Origin: Deltaproteobacteria bacterium | GTDB taxonomy: Bacteria; Myxococcota_A; Polyangia; Haliangiales; SHYZ01 | DNA length: 64,000 nucleotides | Direction of reading: 5' to 3' | Assembly: GCA_016210055.1 (NCBI GenBank) | Contig: JACQUZ010000155.1 | Coordinates: 5,633 to 69,632 of the forward strand | Part shown: positions 46,875 through 54,896 of the stretch, in pieces | How positions within the stretch are numbered: the stretch's first letter is position 1 | How the letters are laid out: each line of letters starts with the position of its first letter | Made by a program: the position numbers and the translations under genes | The notes under the pieces: generated by a model | Database searches by the model: none | What the model was told of the DNA's origin: nothing | What the model saw: the letters and a program-made list of their open reading frames with translations, nothing else

Positions 46875-47657
46875 ATGCCTTTCGTCACTCAACCCACCTA
46901 TCGTATTCGCTATCGCGAGTCGGGGGAGGGGCGCCCTCCCCCACCCGTATTGTTCATCCATGGTGCCGGGGCCTCTTCCGCTGCTTGGATGGGAATCCTT
47001 TCCCGCGTCGGACGTTTCCGCCGCTCCCTTGCGTTCGATCTTCCGGGCCACGGACAGTCGACTGGCGCCGTATCTTCAGTCGACGAGATGCGTGACGCCA
47101 TAGGTGTCTCGGCGGCGAAGCTATGCCTTGGGCCATCCGTTGTCGTTGGGCACAGCCTTGGGGGACTCGTCGCCCTCTCGGCGGCGCTCTCTTGGCCAGA
47201 CAAGGTCGCTGGATTGGTCGTCGTGTGCGCCGGGGCACGCATGAAGGTCGCGCAACCGGTTTTCGATGTCCTCGAAAAGAGCTGGCCGGCCTGGCCAAGG
47301 CTCCTAGCCGAGACGGCCTACTCGCCTGAAACACCCCCCGACATCCGTGCCCAGGGAGCGAGCATCGCGGTAGCCGCCTCGCAGGCACAGACGACCGCGG
47401 ACTTCCGTGCCGTGGCCGAATGTGATCTACGTCACCGGGTGGGCCAGGTAGGAGCGATCCGCTGTCCAACCCTCATCGTGGCCGGGGGAGACGATTTCCT
47501 TGCCCCCGTCAAGTGGGGCGCTCTCCTCGCCGAGGCGATACCTGGCGCCAAAATCGCTCTGCTCCCACGCTGTGGCCACATGCCCATGCATGAACAGCCC
47601 GACGCGCTCGCTAAGGTATTGCTCGAGTTTCTGGGTGGCATCACGGCTCGAACGTAG
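46875..47657 (+). CDS. Alpha/beta hydrolase fold protein
   Basis: 260 aa. HG oxyanion motif (LFIHGAG), nucleophile elbow GHSLGG, and a C-terminal catalytic His (CGHMPMHE). Confidence 0.8.
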   Translation: MPFVTQPTYRIRYRESGEGRPPPPVLFIHGAGASSAAWMGILSRVGRFRRSLAFDLPGHGQSTGAVSSVDEMRDAIGVSAAKLCLGPSVVVGHSLGGLVALSAALSWPDKVAGLVVVCAGARMKVAQPVFDVLEKSWPAWPRLLAETAYSPETPPDIRAQGASIAVAASQAQTTADFRAVAECDLRHRVGQVGAIRCPTLIVAGGDDFLAPVKWGALLAEAIPGAKIALLPRCGHMPMHEQPDALAKVLLEFLGGITART

Positions 47658-47684
47658 TAGGCTGCCCGGGTCACTAACTTCCGG

Positions 47685-48575
47685 ATGGCAACCATGGTGC
47701 CGTGGGTGGAGCGGTCCCTTAGAATCGCTGACGTCGAGATCTTGCTAAGATCGAACCGCGCCGAGCTCTTGGACGCGTTCTTCGCCCCGCTCAAGGGATA
47801 TGAATCCCCGGGCGCCCCCCCCGAGATCATTCAGCAGTACGTAGTGGCCTCAGGTTTCCGTCCATTCCTGCCTGCCGAGCGCGAGTACCCCGGATACAAC
47901 TTCCGCCCTGAAGTCGACGCGGACGGCAAAGCGGGAGCGTCCGCGCGCTATCTTTTCAGTCGCCGTGATTCTGGCGGAACCATCGAAGTTCCCGACGCTC
48001 CATCGGAACCAGTCGTAGGGACTTTTGAGGGGCGCGGAGCTCGGTCAGTGCTCGAGGCTACGCTTCGTATTTCCCTTTGCATGGCGCTCCTTAGGAATGG
48101 TGGCCTCATGCTGCACTCCGCGGGGGCTGCCGCTGCCAGTGACGAGGAAGCGCGCGTGTTCACGGGGCAAAGTGGTGCCGGCAAAAGCACGCTTTTTGGG
48201 CTGCTGCATGGCAGTGGTCTATTTCGACACATGCTCGGGGATGAGATGATCGTGCTCCGCCCCGATCCCGGGTCGCCCACAGCGTGGCGTGCCCACGCGA
48301 CCCCGTTCGGCGGCGAACGGGGTCCGTGTGCTCGTGCGAGCGCACCCCTTAGGGCCATCTATTTCCTCGAGAAAGCGCCTCACCACCGGGCTGTCCCGCT
48401 TCAAGGCCCACGCGTGGTGCCAGGGATCCTGCGTAACACCTTGGCCTATGTAGGCGACCGCGCCAATGCCGCTCGAGCCCTGGCAAGCGCCACGCGGCTC
48501 GTCAAGGACGTGGCGACCTATAGGCTTGAATTCCAAAAGGACGAACACGTGGTGAGCGTGCTTGGTCTCACTTGA
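47685..48575 (+). CDS. HPr kinase-related (HprK C-terminal-like) P-loop protein
   Basis: 296 aa. LLHSAGAAAASDEEARVFTGQSGAGKSTLFGLL resembles the HprK/P catalytic-domain P-loop (G-x-SG-x-GKS). The arrangement next to a PqqD-family gene matches the HprK-related kinase families described in peptide-modification neighbourhoods. Confidence 0.65.
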   Translation: MATMVPWVERSLRIADVEILLRSNRAELLDAFFAPLKGYESPGAPPEIIQQYVVASGFRPFLPAEREYPGYNFRPEVDADGKAGASARYLFSRRDSGGTIEVPDAPSEPVVGTFEGRGARSVLEATLRISLCMALLRNGGLMLHSAGAAAASDEEARVFTGQSGAGKSTLFGLLHGSGLFRHMLGDEMIVLRPDPGSPTAWRAHATPFGGERGPCARASAPLRAIYFLEKAPHHRAVPLQGPRVVPGILRNTLAYVGDRANAARALASATRLVKDVATYRLEFQKDEHVVSVLGLT

Positions 48576-48605
48576 AACCGCTCTCGAATTTGGAGTAGGC
48601 TCGGG

Positions 48606-48884
48606 ATGCACGAGGACAGTGTGATCACCTATCGACAGAATCCCCGGACCGCGGGGCGCGTAGTAGACGGATTGGCGTTTGTCGTCACCCCGGACGACAA
48701 CAAGCTTCACACCCTGAATGGCACGGGCGCGCTGATTTGGCAGCTTGCTGAGAATGGCTGCACCCTTGACGAGATCGTTTCGGCGATAACCAGTCGCTAT
48801 TCGGTAGAACCCGAGCGCGCCCGGCAGGATGCCGAGACGTTTGCGACCGACCTCCTCAGGCGCCGCATCTTGGAGACGCCATGA
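48606..48884 (+). CDS. PqqD-family protein (RiPP recognition element / peptide chaperone)
   Basis: 92 aa. Has the PqqD pattern: beta-strands (AGRVVDGLAFVVTPDDNKLHTLNGTGALIW) followed by helices (CTLDEIVSAITSRYSV...ARQDAETFATDLLRRRIL). Confidence 0.85.
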   Translation: MHEDSVITYRQNPRTAGRVVDGLAFVVTPDDNKLHTLNGTGALIWQLAENGCTLDEIVSAITSRYSVEPERARQDAETFATDLLRRRILETP

Positions 48885-50092
48885 TGGAAAACAGCGAGTC
48901 CATCAGCACCCAAGAGCAGGAGATGCCGGAGGTGCAAGCAGTCGGCCAGAAGCGATTCGCGGGGGAGATATTCGCCAAGGCGGCGAGCAAGGTCGGCGCT
49001 CCGGCTTCCGTGTCGTTCCGGGTGACGGATCGCTGTAATTACGAGTGCGTCCACTGCTATCAGACCCATGACGACAAGAACGAGCTCCGCCTCGATGAAA
49101 TTGACCGCATTCTCGGCGAAATCGCCGATGAAGGAGCGCTCTTCCTCACGTTCATGGGCGGCGAGTTCTTCATGCGGCGCGATGCGGACGCAATCCTCAT
49201 CGCGGCACGAAAGCGGAAGTTCGCGATAAAGCTCATGACAACCGGGCATCATGTCGATGACCGTCGGGCGGATCTTCTGCGTGATCTCGGCTCCATCCAG
49301 GTGGACCTGTCGCTCTACTCCTCGGATCGGCATGTTCATGATCAGGTAACGCAAGTGAAGGGCTCGTGGGAGCGAACCCTCGCTGCGGCCAATCGCCTGC
49401 GCGCCCGCGGTATCATCGTCGTACTAAAGTCTCCCCTCATGTCGATTAATGCGAGCACCATTACAGGTGTCGCGAGCATTGCCCAGGACATCGGCGCCAA
49501 GTTCACTTTTGATCCCAAGGTAACCGCTCGTGAAGATGGCGACCAAGGTCCCACATCGCTACGAGTCGACGAAGAAACACTAAAGGGCTTTTACGGTTCT
49601 GATTTCGCGGGAATTTGGGCGTTCATCAAGAATCGGTTCGGGCCTTCAGACGGAATGCCCGAGAAACCCTTGGACGCAACCCCATGTCGGGCGGGGAGCG
49701 CGATCGCTTCGATTAACCCCCAAGGCCTCGTTTACGCCTGCACTGCCCTTCCAATAGCGTGCGGCGACCTGCGAAAACAGAGCTTCCGTGAGGTCTGGCG
49801 CCATTCGCGACGGCTAGACGAAATACGAGGCCTTACCTGGGGGCAAATCGAGGAATGCAACCGCTGTGATGTACGAAAGTACTGCAAGCGGTGTCACGCC
49901 ATGGCTCTCATCGAGGACGGCAAGATGGATGGTCCTTCCACGGAGGCCTGCCGCCACGCCGTGGTCTTGCGTGACCTGCTCCGAGAGCAAGGACTAATCG
50001 ATAAGGCGGATAACGCAATGCCCGCCACGTTCGCGCGCGAACAACGCAACAAGCTGTCGATTCGTTCCTCGGCACTTCGCGTAGTCGGCTAA
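48881..50092 (+). CDS. Radical SAM enzyme with a C-terminal SPASM-type auxiliary cluster domain
   Basis: 403 aa. CxxxCxxC (VTDRCNYECVHCYQ). C-terminal Cys-rich region (CRAGSAIASINPQGLVYAC ... CNRCDVRKYCKRCHA). ATGA overlap with the PqqD gene. Confidence 0.9.
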   Translation: MMENSESISTQEQEMPEVQAVGQKRFAGEIFAKAASKVGAPASVSFRVTDRCNYECVHCYQTHDDKNELRLDEIDRILGEIADEGALFLTFMGGEFFMRRDADAILIAARKRKFAIKLMTTGHHVDDRRADLLRDLGSIQVDLSLYSSDRHVHDQVTQVKGSWERTLAAANRLRARGIIVVLKSPLMSINASTITGVASIAQDIGAKFTFDPKVTAREDGDQGPTSLRVDEETLKGFYGSDFAGIWAFIKNRFGPSDGMPEKPLDATPCRAGSAIASINPQGLVYACTALPIACGDLRKQSFREVWRHSRRLDEIRGLTWGQIEECNRCDVRKYCKRCHAMALIEDGKMDGPSTEACRHAVVLRDLLREQGLIDKADNAMPATFAREQRNKLSIRSSALRVVG

Positions 50093-50138
50093 TCGGCAGC
50101 CCAAACGCTGGCTGTAAAGGGAATAGGGGGAGTTGAAC

Positions 50139-53100
50139 ATGCGCCTGTCTCAATTATCACTCCGAGTTATCCTAGCCGGTTCAATGGGATTGGGAGTGCT
50201 CGCCTGTAGTGACGATCCCAAGGACCTGCGGACACTCAAGATCAAGTCGCCGACCTCAACGGGAGGCCCCGTCGAGCTTTGCCTCGATGAAGACGAGAAC
50301 ACCACGACGAGTGGTATTCAGTACAGCGTCCAGGTGGATGCGGATCATTTCAAGAACGGGGCGCTCGTTTCACTCCTGATCGATGGCAAGGTAGACAAGC
50401 AGCTCGATAAGGCGGTGACCGACGAGACAGTGACCTGGAGCGGGATTACGTTCGCGGCCGGCTCCCACACCATCCAGGTGAAATCACAGGATGGCAAGAT
50501 CCAATCAGAGACCATACCAATCCTCGTCAATGAGACCGCCCCAGCGGTCTCATTCATTTCCCCAGCGACTGGGGATACGCTAGGCATGGGAAAAGACACC
50601 GATGCAGGGACGGCAGGGCTGCAAGCGACCATTCGGGTTTTCGCTGCAGTCGCGGACGACCAGGAAGCGACCATTAGCGTTATTCCTCCTTCAGGCGGCA
50701 CCGCACCAACGTTGACGCCCGTCAAGGTCAAGAACCAAGAAGCCACTTGGGACAAGGTGACATTCAACAAGTCTGGCAAGTGGACCCTTACCGCGAACAC
50801 CAAGTCGGAGTGCGGAAATCCAGGCACCAAGAGCATTGACGTCCAGGTGGACCTCGACGCCGACGCGTGCACCATCGAGGTCGTACCCACGCCGGTTTCA
50901 AGGAAAGGGAAGCTCTTCTTGAACAAGGCGATGGATACCAATCCATCGGCAGGCTTCCAGGCAAGAGTCAACGTCGTGGCGTCCCAAGGGAGTCGGGTGA
51001 CGCTCCTTCAGAACGGCGCGGATAAGGGATCGATCATCGTCGGTACCACGGCGTTGGCGAACTACGACCTCACGCTCACGGAAGGCGAGCAGGTGTTTTC
51101 TGCTTCGTGTCGCGACTCCGCCGGCAATGAAAAAACGTCCAAGGATCCAGTCACTGTCCACGTGGATACGCAAGCACCCAAGTGCGAGATCACGGCACCG
51201 GCGGACGGCGCGATCCTCCATCCAGGCCTCGACGCGAACAAGGATACGCCTGACACCGACTTCGATATCACCGTCTCGGTCGACCCCGACGTGAACGGCG
51301 AGAATGTCTCGGTTTCCGTCGGCGGGGCAGCAATTACTCCGGTCAAGGAGGCCGCGGCAGGAACGGTTGCATACAGGAAGGGGCTAAATGCTCCCGGGAA
51401 AGACATCGAGGTCAAGGCGACTTCCAATGACCAAGCCGGGAACACCTGCCAGGATACGATCAAGGTCAATCATTACACCACGGGTTGCTCGATAGCGATC
51501 CTCGAGCCCACCCTGTTCACTTCGGACGCGAACGGCACCGTGTCCGGCGTCCAAGTCCCGGTCATCGTGCAGGTGGGTGACGAGTGCAAGGGGAAAGAAG
51601 TCTCGCTCTTTTGCGGCAACCAGCCGGTCAAGAAGGCCGCGGCCGATGGCAACACCGCCAAGGCGAGCTTTGAAATCACCTCATGTCCGACCATTGCCTG
51701 TGAAACGCAAGTCAAGTGCGTGGCGAAGGTGACGAGCCCGAGCACGATTGAGACCCAGTCGCTCGAGGCAACGATTACCACGGACACGGTCGCCCCGTCG
51801 GTGATCGTCAGCGTGGTTAACCCCGCCATTTCGTGCGGTTCTTCCATTACCAAGGACCAGGATATCGATCCCGATACTGACGGCGTGCAGATCAAGATCA
51901 TGCAGGACGGGTCGGATGCAGTCACGCGCTCGTTCAACATCACGACCGCTACCGCTGGTACCAAGAACGTGGCAGCAGACGTGGATAGGAGCGTTGTTCT
52001 CACGCTTGAGTCAGGAAAGAACACGATCGAGGGCAAGGCAACCGACTCGTCCGGGCTGGAAGGCAAGTCGAGCACTTGTTCCGTTACGCTGGCAAACCTG
52101 GCAGTGGCGTTCACCAAGCCTACGGACAACCAAGTGCTTGGGCCTGGAAACGACCTCATTCCGGGAGGTTCATTGGACTACAGCGTCTGTGGCACGTTTA
52201 GCTCGTCCCATGACACCACGACGGTGACCGTTCAACTCGACGGGCAGCCCCCTCTTACGGCAATCGTGGCGGTGGACAAGTCCTTCTGCGCGACCGTCAA
52301 CGGCATCGCTCGCGGAGCCCACAAGCTGAAGGCACAGGCAAGAGACAGCTCCAACGAGAACTCCGGAGAAGCAACCATCTCGTTCTCCGTCGATGATCAA
52401 GAACCAGGTGTGCCGATTGTGGTCGTCATGAAAAGCAACCGTCATTCGCACTCGGTGGAGCTGACCGCGACCGCTGATGACTTCCCAGGTGTTGACCGGT
52501 GCGTGTTAAAGCGTTCTCTTGATCCGATCGTGCTCGAGACCTTTGATGCCGCCACGACGGTCGCGACCTTTGAAGACGCCACGAACGACTCGACCCACAC
52601 CTACCCGGCGCCGAGTAACGACCTTAGAGATTGGTATTACGCCGCACGCTGCTACGACGCGGTAAACAACGGGTCCTTCCTGGGTACCGCGAATATTGAC
52701 ATGGGCTTCGAGAAGGGGCCACTCTTGGTTCCGGCGCCATTTCTTGACGCCAACATATCGAAGCCGCGCTTCGGGATGAGCGCGGCGAGCGCTGACCTCA
52801 ATAATGACACGTTTTTGGATCTGGCCGTGGGTTACACCGCTGCGGACATCGGTATCCACACCACGAAGCAGAACAACGAAGGGGCCGTCTATGTATTCAT
52901 GGGTGGAGCCGACGGCATTTCGTCCACTCCAAGCTTCGTCATCTCTGGGGATGCCGCCCAAACGAAGGGCGAATTCGGCTACGCGATCACTCGAGTCCGG
53001 TGGAACGCCGACACCATCGATGACATCGCGGTCGGTTATCCGGGCAAGTCCCAGGTGCTCATTTTCTTCGGCAGCGATACGACTTGGAAGCCAGGCGAAA

Positions 53101-54224
53101 GCATCACGGCTTACGACCATACGAATGCCAATGTCGTCATTGGGAAGGATACTACGACGGACGGCGCCTGGTATGGCACCATGGGCCACCGAGTCGAGCG
53201 GTTGGACTTTGACGGCAACGGTAAGGACGATCTCCTGATCTCGGCGTCCGGCGGTGATTGGAAAGGAGGTGCCTTCGTCCTGTTCGGCGGCAGCACAAAA
53301 CCAGCGGGTAGCGGCGGTCAGATCGGCATCGACCTGCCAACCGACCTTAGTCCTAGTACTGGAACGAACACCAAGGTTACTCGATTCACGTTCGCTTCCA
53401 TTACAGCGGACAATACTTTTCCGTCCTACGGGCAATCACTGGCGAACCTCGGCAAGCTAGGTAATGGAACGACCGCCGACAAGGAGGACGATGTCGCTAT
53501 AGGCGCCGAACCCTCGTCTTCCCACGTCGCAAACAATCCGTCACCCGAGGTATTTGTCTTCTACGGGCGTCCCGCCCCGGCAGATCCAAGCGCGTCCGAG
53601 GAAATCAAGTGGGGCGATGCGGACCAGAGGATTAAGGCCGCGTCATTCACGCCGGTCGTAACCCCCGATGGCGTGGTCGCAACATCCTATTTTGGCCAGG
53701 CCATCGCTTCGATTTCCGATCTCGACGGGGACGGGAAGCGCGACATCGCCGTTTCCACGGCATTGGGCGGTGGCGATCTTCATGGCATCATTAACATCGT
53801 TCCAGGCGGCATCAAGACGGATACCCAGGCGGTCCAGGATCTCGGCGTAGCAGCAACGTCGATCGTCACCATTACTGGTACCCGGTTTGACGAAGAAATC
53901 GGAGCTATGATTGCCAACTCGGGGACTGGACTCGGAAGCGACGTGGATGGGGATGGAAAGGAAGATCTCGTCACCGCCAATGCTGTACTTAGGGGCGGTG
54001 CATCTTACACAGCGGTCCGAGTGTTCCTCAACGCGAGCCTCAAAGGGAACCTGCTCGGTAGTCAAGCCGATAGCGTATTGCTCCCAACTACGGCGACCGT
54101 TAAGACAACATGGGCGCTCCCATGGTGTGGTGACCTTAACAAGGATGGACTCATGGACCTAGCGTGGACCGACCCCAGGAAAACGATTGGAGAAGCAGCC
54201 GGTTTCGTGCAGGTACTGTATTGA
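50139..54224 (+). CDS. Giant surface lipoprotein: about seven Ig-like repeats followed by a seven-blade FG-GAP (integrin-alpha-like) propeller
   Basis: MRLSQLSLRVILAGSMGLGVLAC is a lipoprotein signal. Repeated module starts are visible: ETAPAVSFISPATG, DADACTIEVVP, DTQAPKCEITAPADG, TTGCSIAILEP, DTVAPSVIVSVVNP, ANLAVAFTKPTDN. The C-terminal third has seven Ca-binding FG-GAP-like loops: DLNNDTFLDLAVG, NADTIDDIAVG, DFDGNGKDDLLIS, TTADKEDDVAIG, DLDGDGKRDIAVS, DVDGDGKEDLVTA, DLNKDGLMDLAW. The ORF track starts at TTG 50133; ATG 50139 is preferred. Confidence 0.85.
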   Translation: MRLSQLSLRVILAGSMGLGVLACSDDPKDLRTLKIKSPTSTGGPVELCLDEDENTTTSGIQYSVQVDADHFKNGALVSLLIDGKVDKQLDKAVTDETVTWSGITFAAGSHTIQVKSQDGKIQSETIPILVNETAPAVSFISPATGDTLGMGKDTDAGTAGLQATIRVFAAVADDQEATISVIPPSGGTAPTLTPVKVKNQEATWDKVTFNKSGKWTLTANTKSECGNPGTKSIDVQVDLDADACTIEVVPTPVSRKGKLFLNKAMDTNPSAGFQARVNVVASQGSRVTLLQNGADKGSIIVGTTALANYDLTLTEGEQVFSASCRDSAGNEKTSKDPVTVHVDTQAPKCEITAPADGAILHPGLDANKDTPDTDFDITVSVDPDVNGENVSVSVGGAAITPVKEAAAGTVAYRKGLNAPGKDIEVKATSNDQAGNTCQDTIKVNHYTTGCSIAILEPTLFTSDANGTVSGVQVPVIVQVGDECKGKEVSLFCGNQPVKKAAADGNTAKASFEITSCPTIACETQVKCVAKVTSPSTIETQSLEATITTDTVAPSVIVSVVNPAISCGSSITKDQDIDPDTDGVQIKIMQDGSDAVTRSFNITTATAGTKNVAADVDRSVVLTLESGKNTIEGKATDSSGLEGKSSTCSVTLANLAVAFTKPTDNQVLGPGNDLIPGGSLDYSVCGTFSSSHDTTTVTVQLDGQPPLTAIVAVDKSFCATVNGIARGAHKLKAQARDSSNENSGEATISFSVDDQEPGVPIVVVMKSNRHSHSVELTATADDFPGVDRCVLKRSLDPIVLETFDAATTVATFEDATNDSTHTYPAPSNDLRDWYYAARCYDAVNNGSFLGTANIDMGFEKGPLLVPAPFLDANISKPRFGMSAASADLNNDTFLDLAVGYTAADIGIHTTKQNNEGAVYVFMGGADGISSTPSFVISGDAAQTKGEFGYAITRVRWNADTIDDIAVGYPGKSQVLIFFGSDTTWKPGESITAYDHTNANVVIGKDTTTDGAWYGTMGHRVERLDFDGNGKDDLLISASGGDWKGGAFVLFGGSTKPAGSGGQIGIDLPTDLSPSTGTNTKVTRFTFASITADNTFPSYGQSLANLGKLGNGTTADKEDDVAIGAEPSSSHVANNPSPEVFVFYGRPAPADPSASEEIKWGDADQRIKAASFTPVVTPDGVVATSYFGQAIASISDLDGDGKRDIAVSTALGGGDLHGIINIVPGGIKTDTQAVQDLGVAATSIVTITGTRFDEEIGAMIANSGTGLGSDVDGDGKEDLVTANAVLRGGASYTAVRVFLNASLKGNLLGSQADSVLLPTTATVKTTWALPWCGDLNKDGLMDLAWTDPRKTIGEAAGFVQVLY

Positions 54225-54243
54225 CAGGAAAAGAGGAACTGCC

Positions 54244-54411
54244 ATGTCGAAAGTAGACTTATCGCCGCAAGGAAGTTCGTCGGAGCAAGGCAAGGCTCCT
54301 TATGAGCCCCCCGCAGTCATTTCCGATGAAGCGTTCGAAACACTCGCCCTCGCTTGCGGAAAAGTTTCTGACGTCCCTCCGAGCGATTGCACCGGAGATA
54401 ACGCGTCGTAG
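54244..54411 (+). CDS. 55-aa acidic peptide, candidate RiPP precursor
   Basis: MSKVDLSPQGSSSEQGKAPYEPPAVISDEAFETLALACGKVSDVPPSDCTGDNAS. The ATG is preceded by AAGAGGAA at a 6-nt spacing and lies 20 nt after the giant gene's stop and 8 nt before the peptidase gene. The track lists it only as a longer ORF starting at 54187, which overlaps the upstream gene. Confidence 0.5.
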   Translation: MSKVDLSPQGSSSEQGKAPYEPPAVISDEAFETLALACGKVSDVPPSDCTGDNAS

Positions 54412-54419
54412 AAATAAAC

Positions 54420-54833
54420 ATGCCCCCTCTCCCTGACTCGGCCCACTTGCTCCTCGTCGGCCAGCTTCTGCGTCAACGTGGATGGTGGGACGTGACCGTC
54501 ACAACCGGGTCCATGCGGCCAACCATTCCCGTGGGCGCGCGGGTTCGCGTCGTAGCATCCAACCGGGTCAAGCTGGGAGAAGTCGCGGCCCTTGCCATTG
54601 GGGATCGCGTGTACATTCACCGGGTATTGGCCAGGTTCCCGACACCCATGGGCACAATGCTCGTGCACGGCGGAGACGCGCCGCAGGCGCTACCCAGTTT
54701 CGTTTTTGAATCACGCCTCATCGGTCGAGCCGATGTTCCTAGGAAACGGATCTCCGTGCCCAAGCGATTGGCGAGCCTGGCAAGGGCTGCACTTGTCTAC
54801 TTGAGACGACGGCGAGCGCACGTAGCGCCGTGA
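54420..54833 (+). CDS. Minimal S26-family (signal peptidase I-like, Ser/His type) peptidase
   Basis: 137 aa. Catalytic Ser motif TTGSMRPTI, GDxV-like segment (IGDRVYIHRVL) with the HRV His motif typical of archaeal/ER-type S26B enzymes, and a basic C-terminal tail. Confidence 0.6.
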   Translation: MPPLPDSAHLLLVGQLLRQRGWWDVTVTTGSMRPTIPVGARVRVVASNRVKLGEVAALAIGDRVYIHRVLARFPTPMGTMLVHGGDAPQALPSFVFESRLIGRADVPRKRISVPKRLASLARAALVYLRRRRAHVAP

Positions 54834-54896
54834 GACCTAATCCAAAGGCCAAAACAGGAAGGCCCCCAAAGGGGGGCGTCTGATATACTCGGGTCA

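Noticed and set aside
46875-47657. Alpha/beta hydrolase as part of the rSAM/PqqD cluster
   Set aside because: It is only 27 nt upstream and co-directional, so membership cannot be excluded. However, it equally follows etfBA and has no RiPP-specific signature, so it is left outside the proposed cluster boundary.
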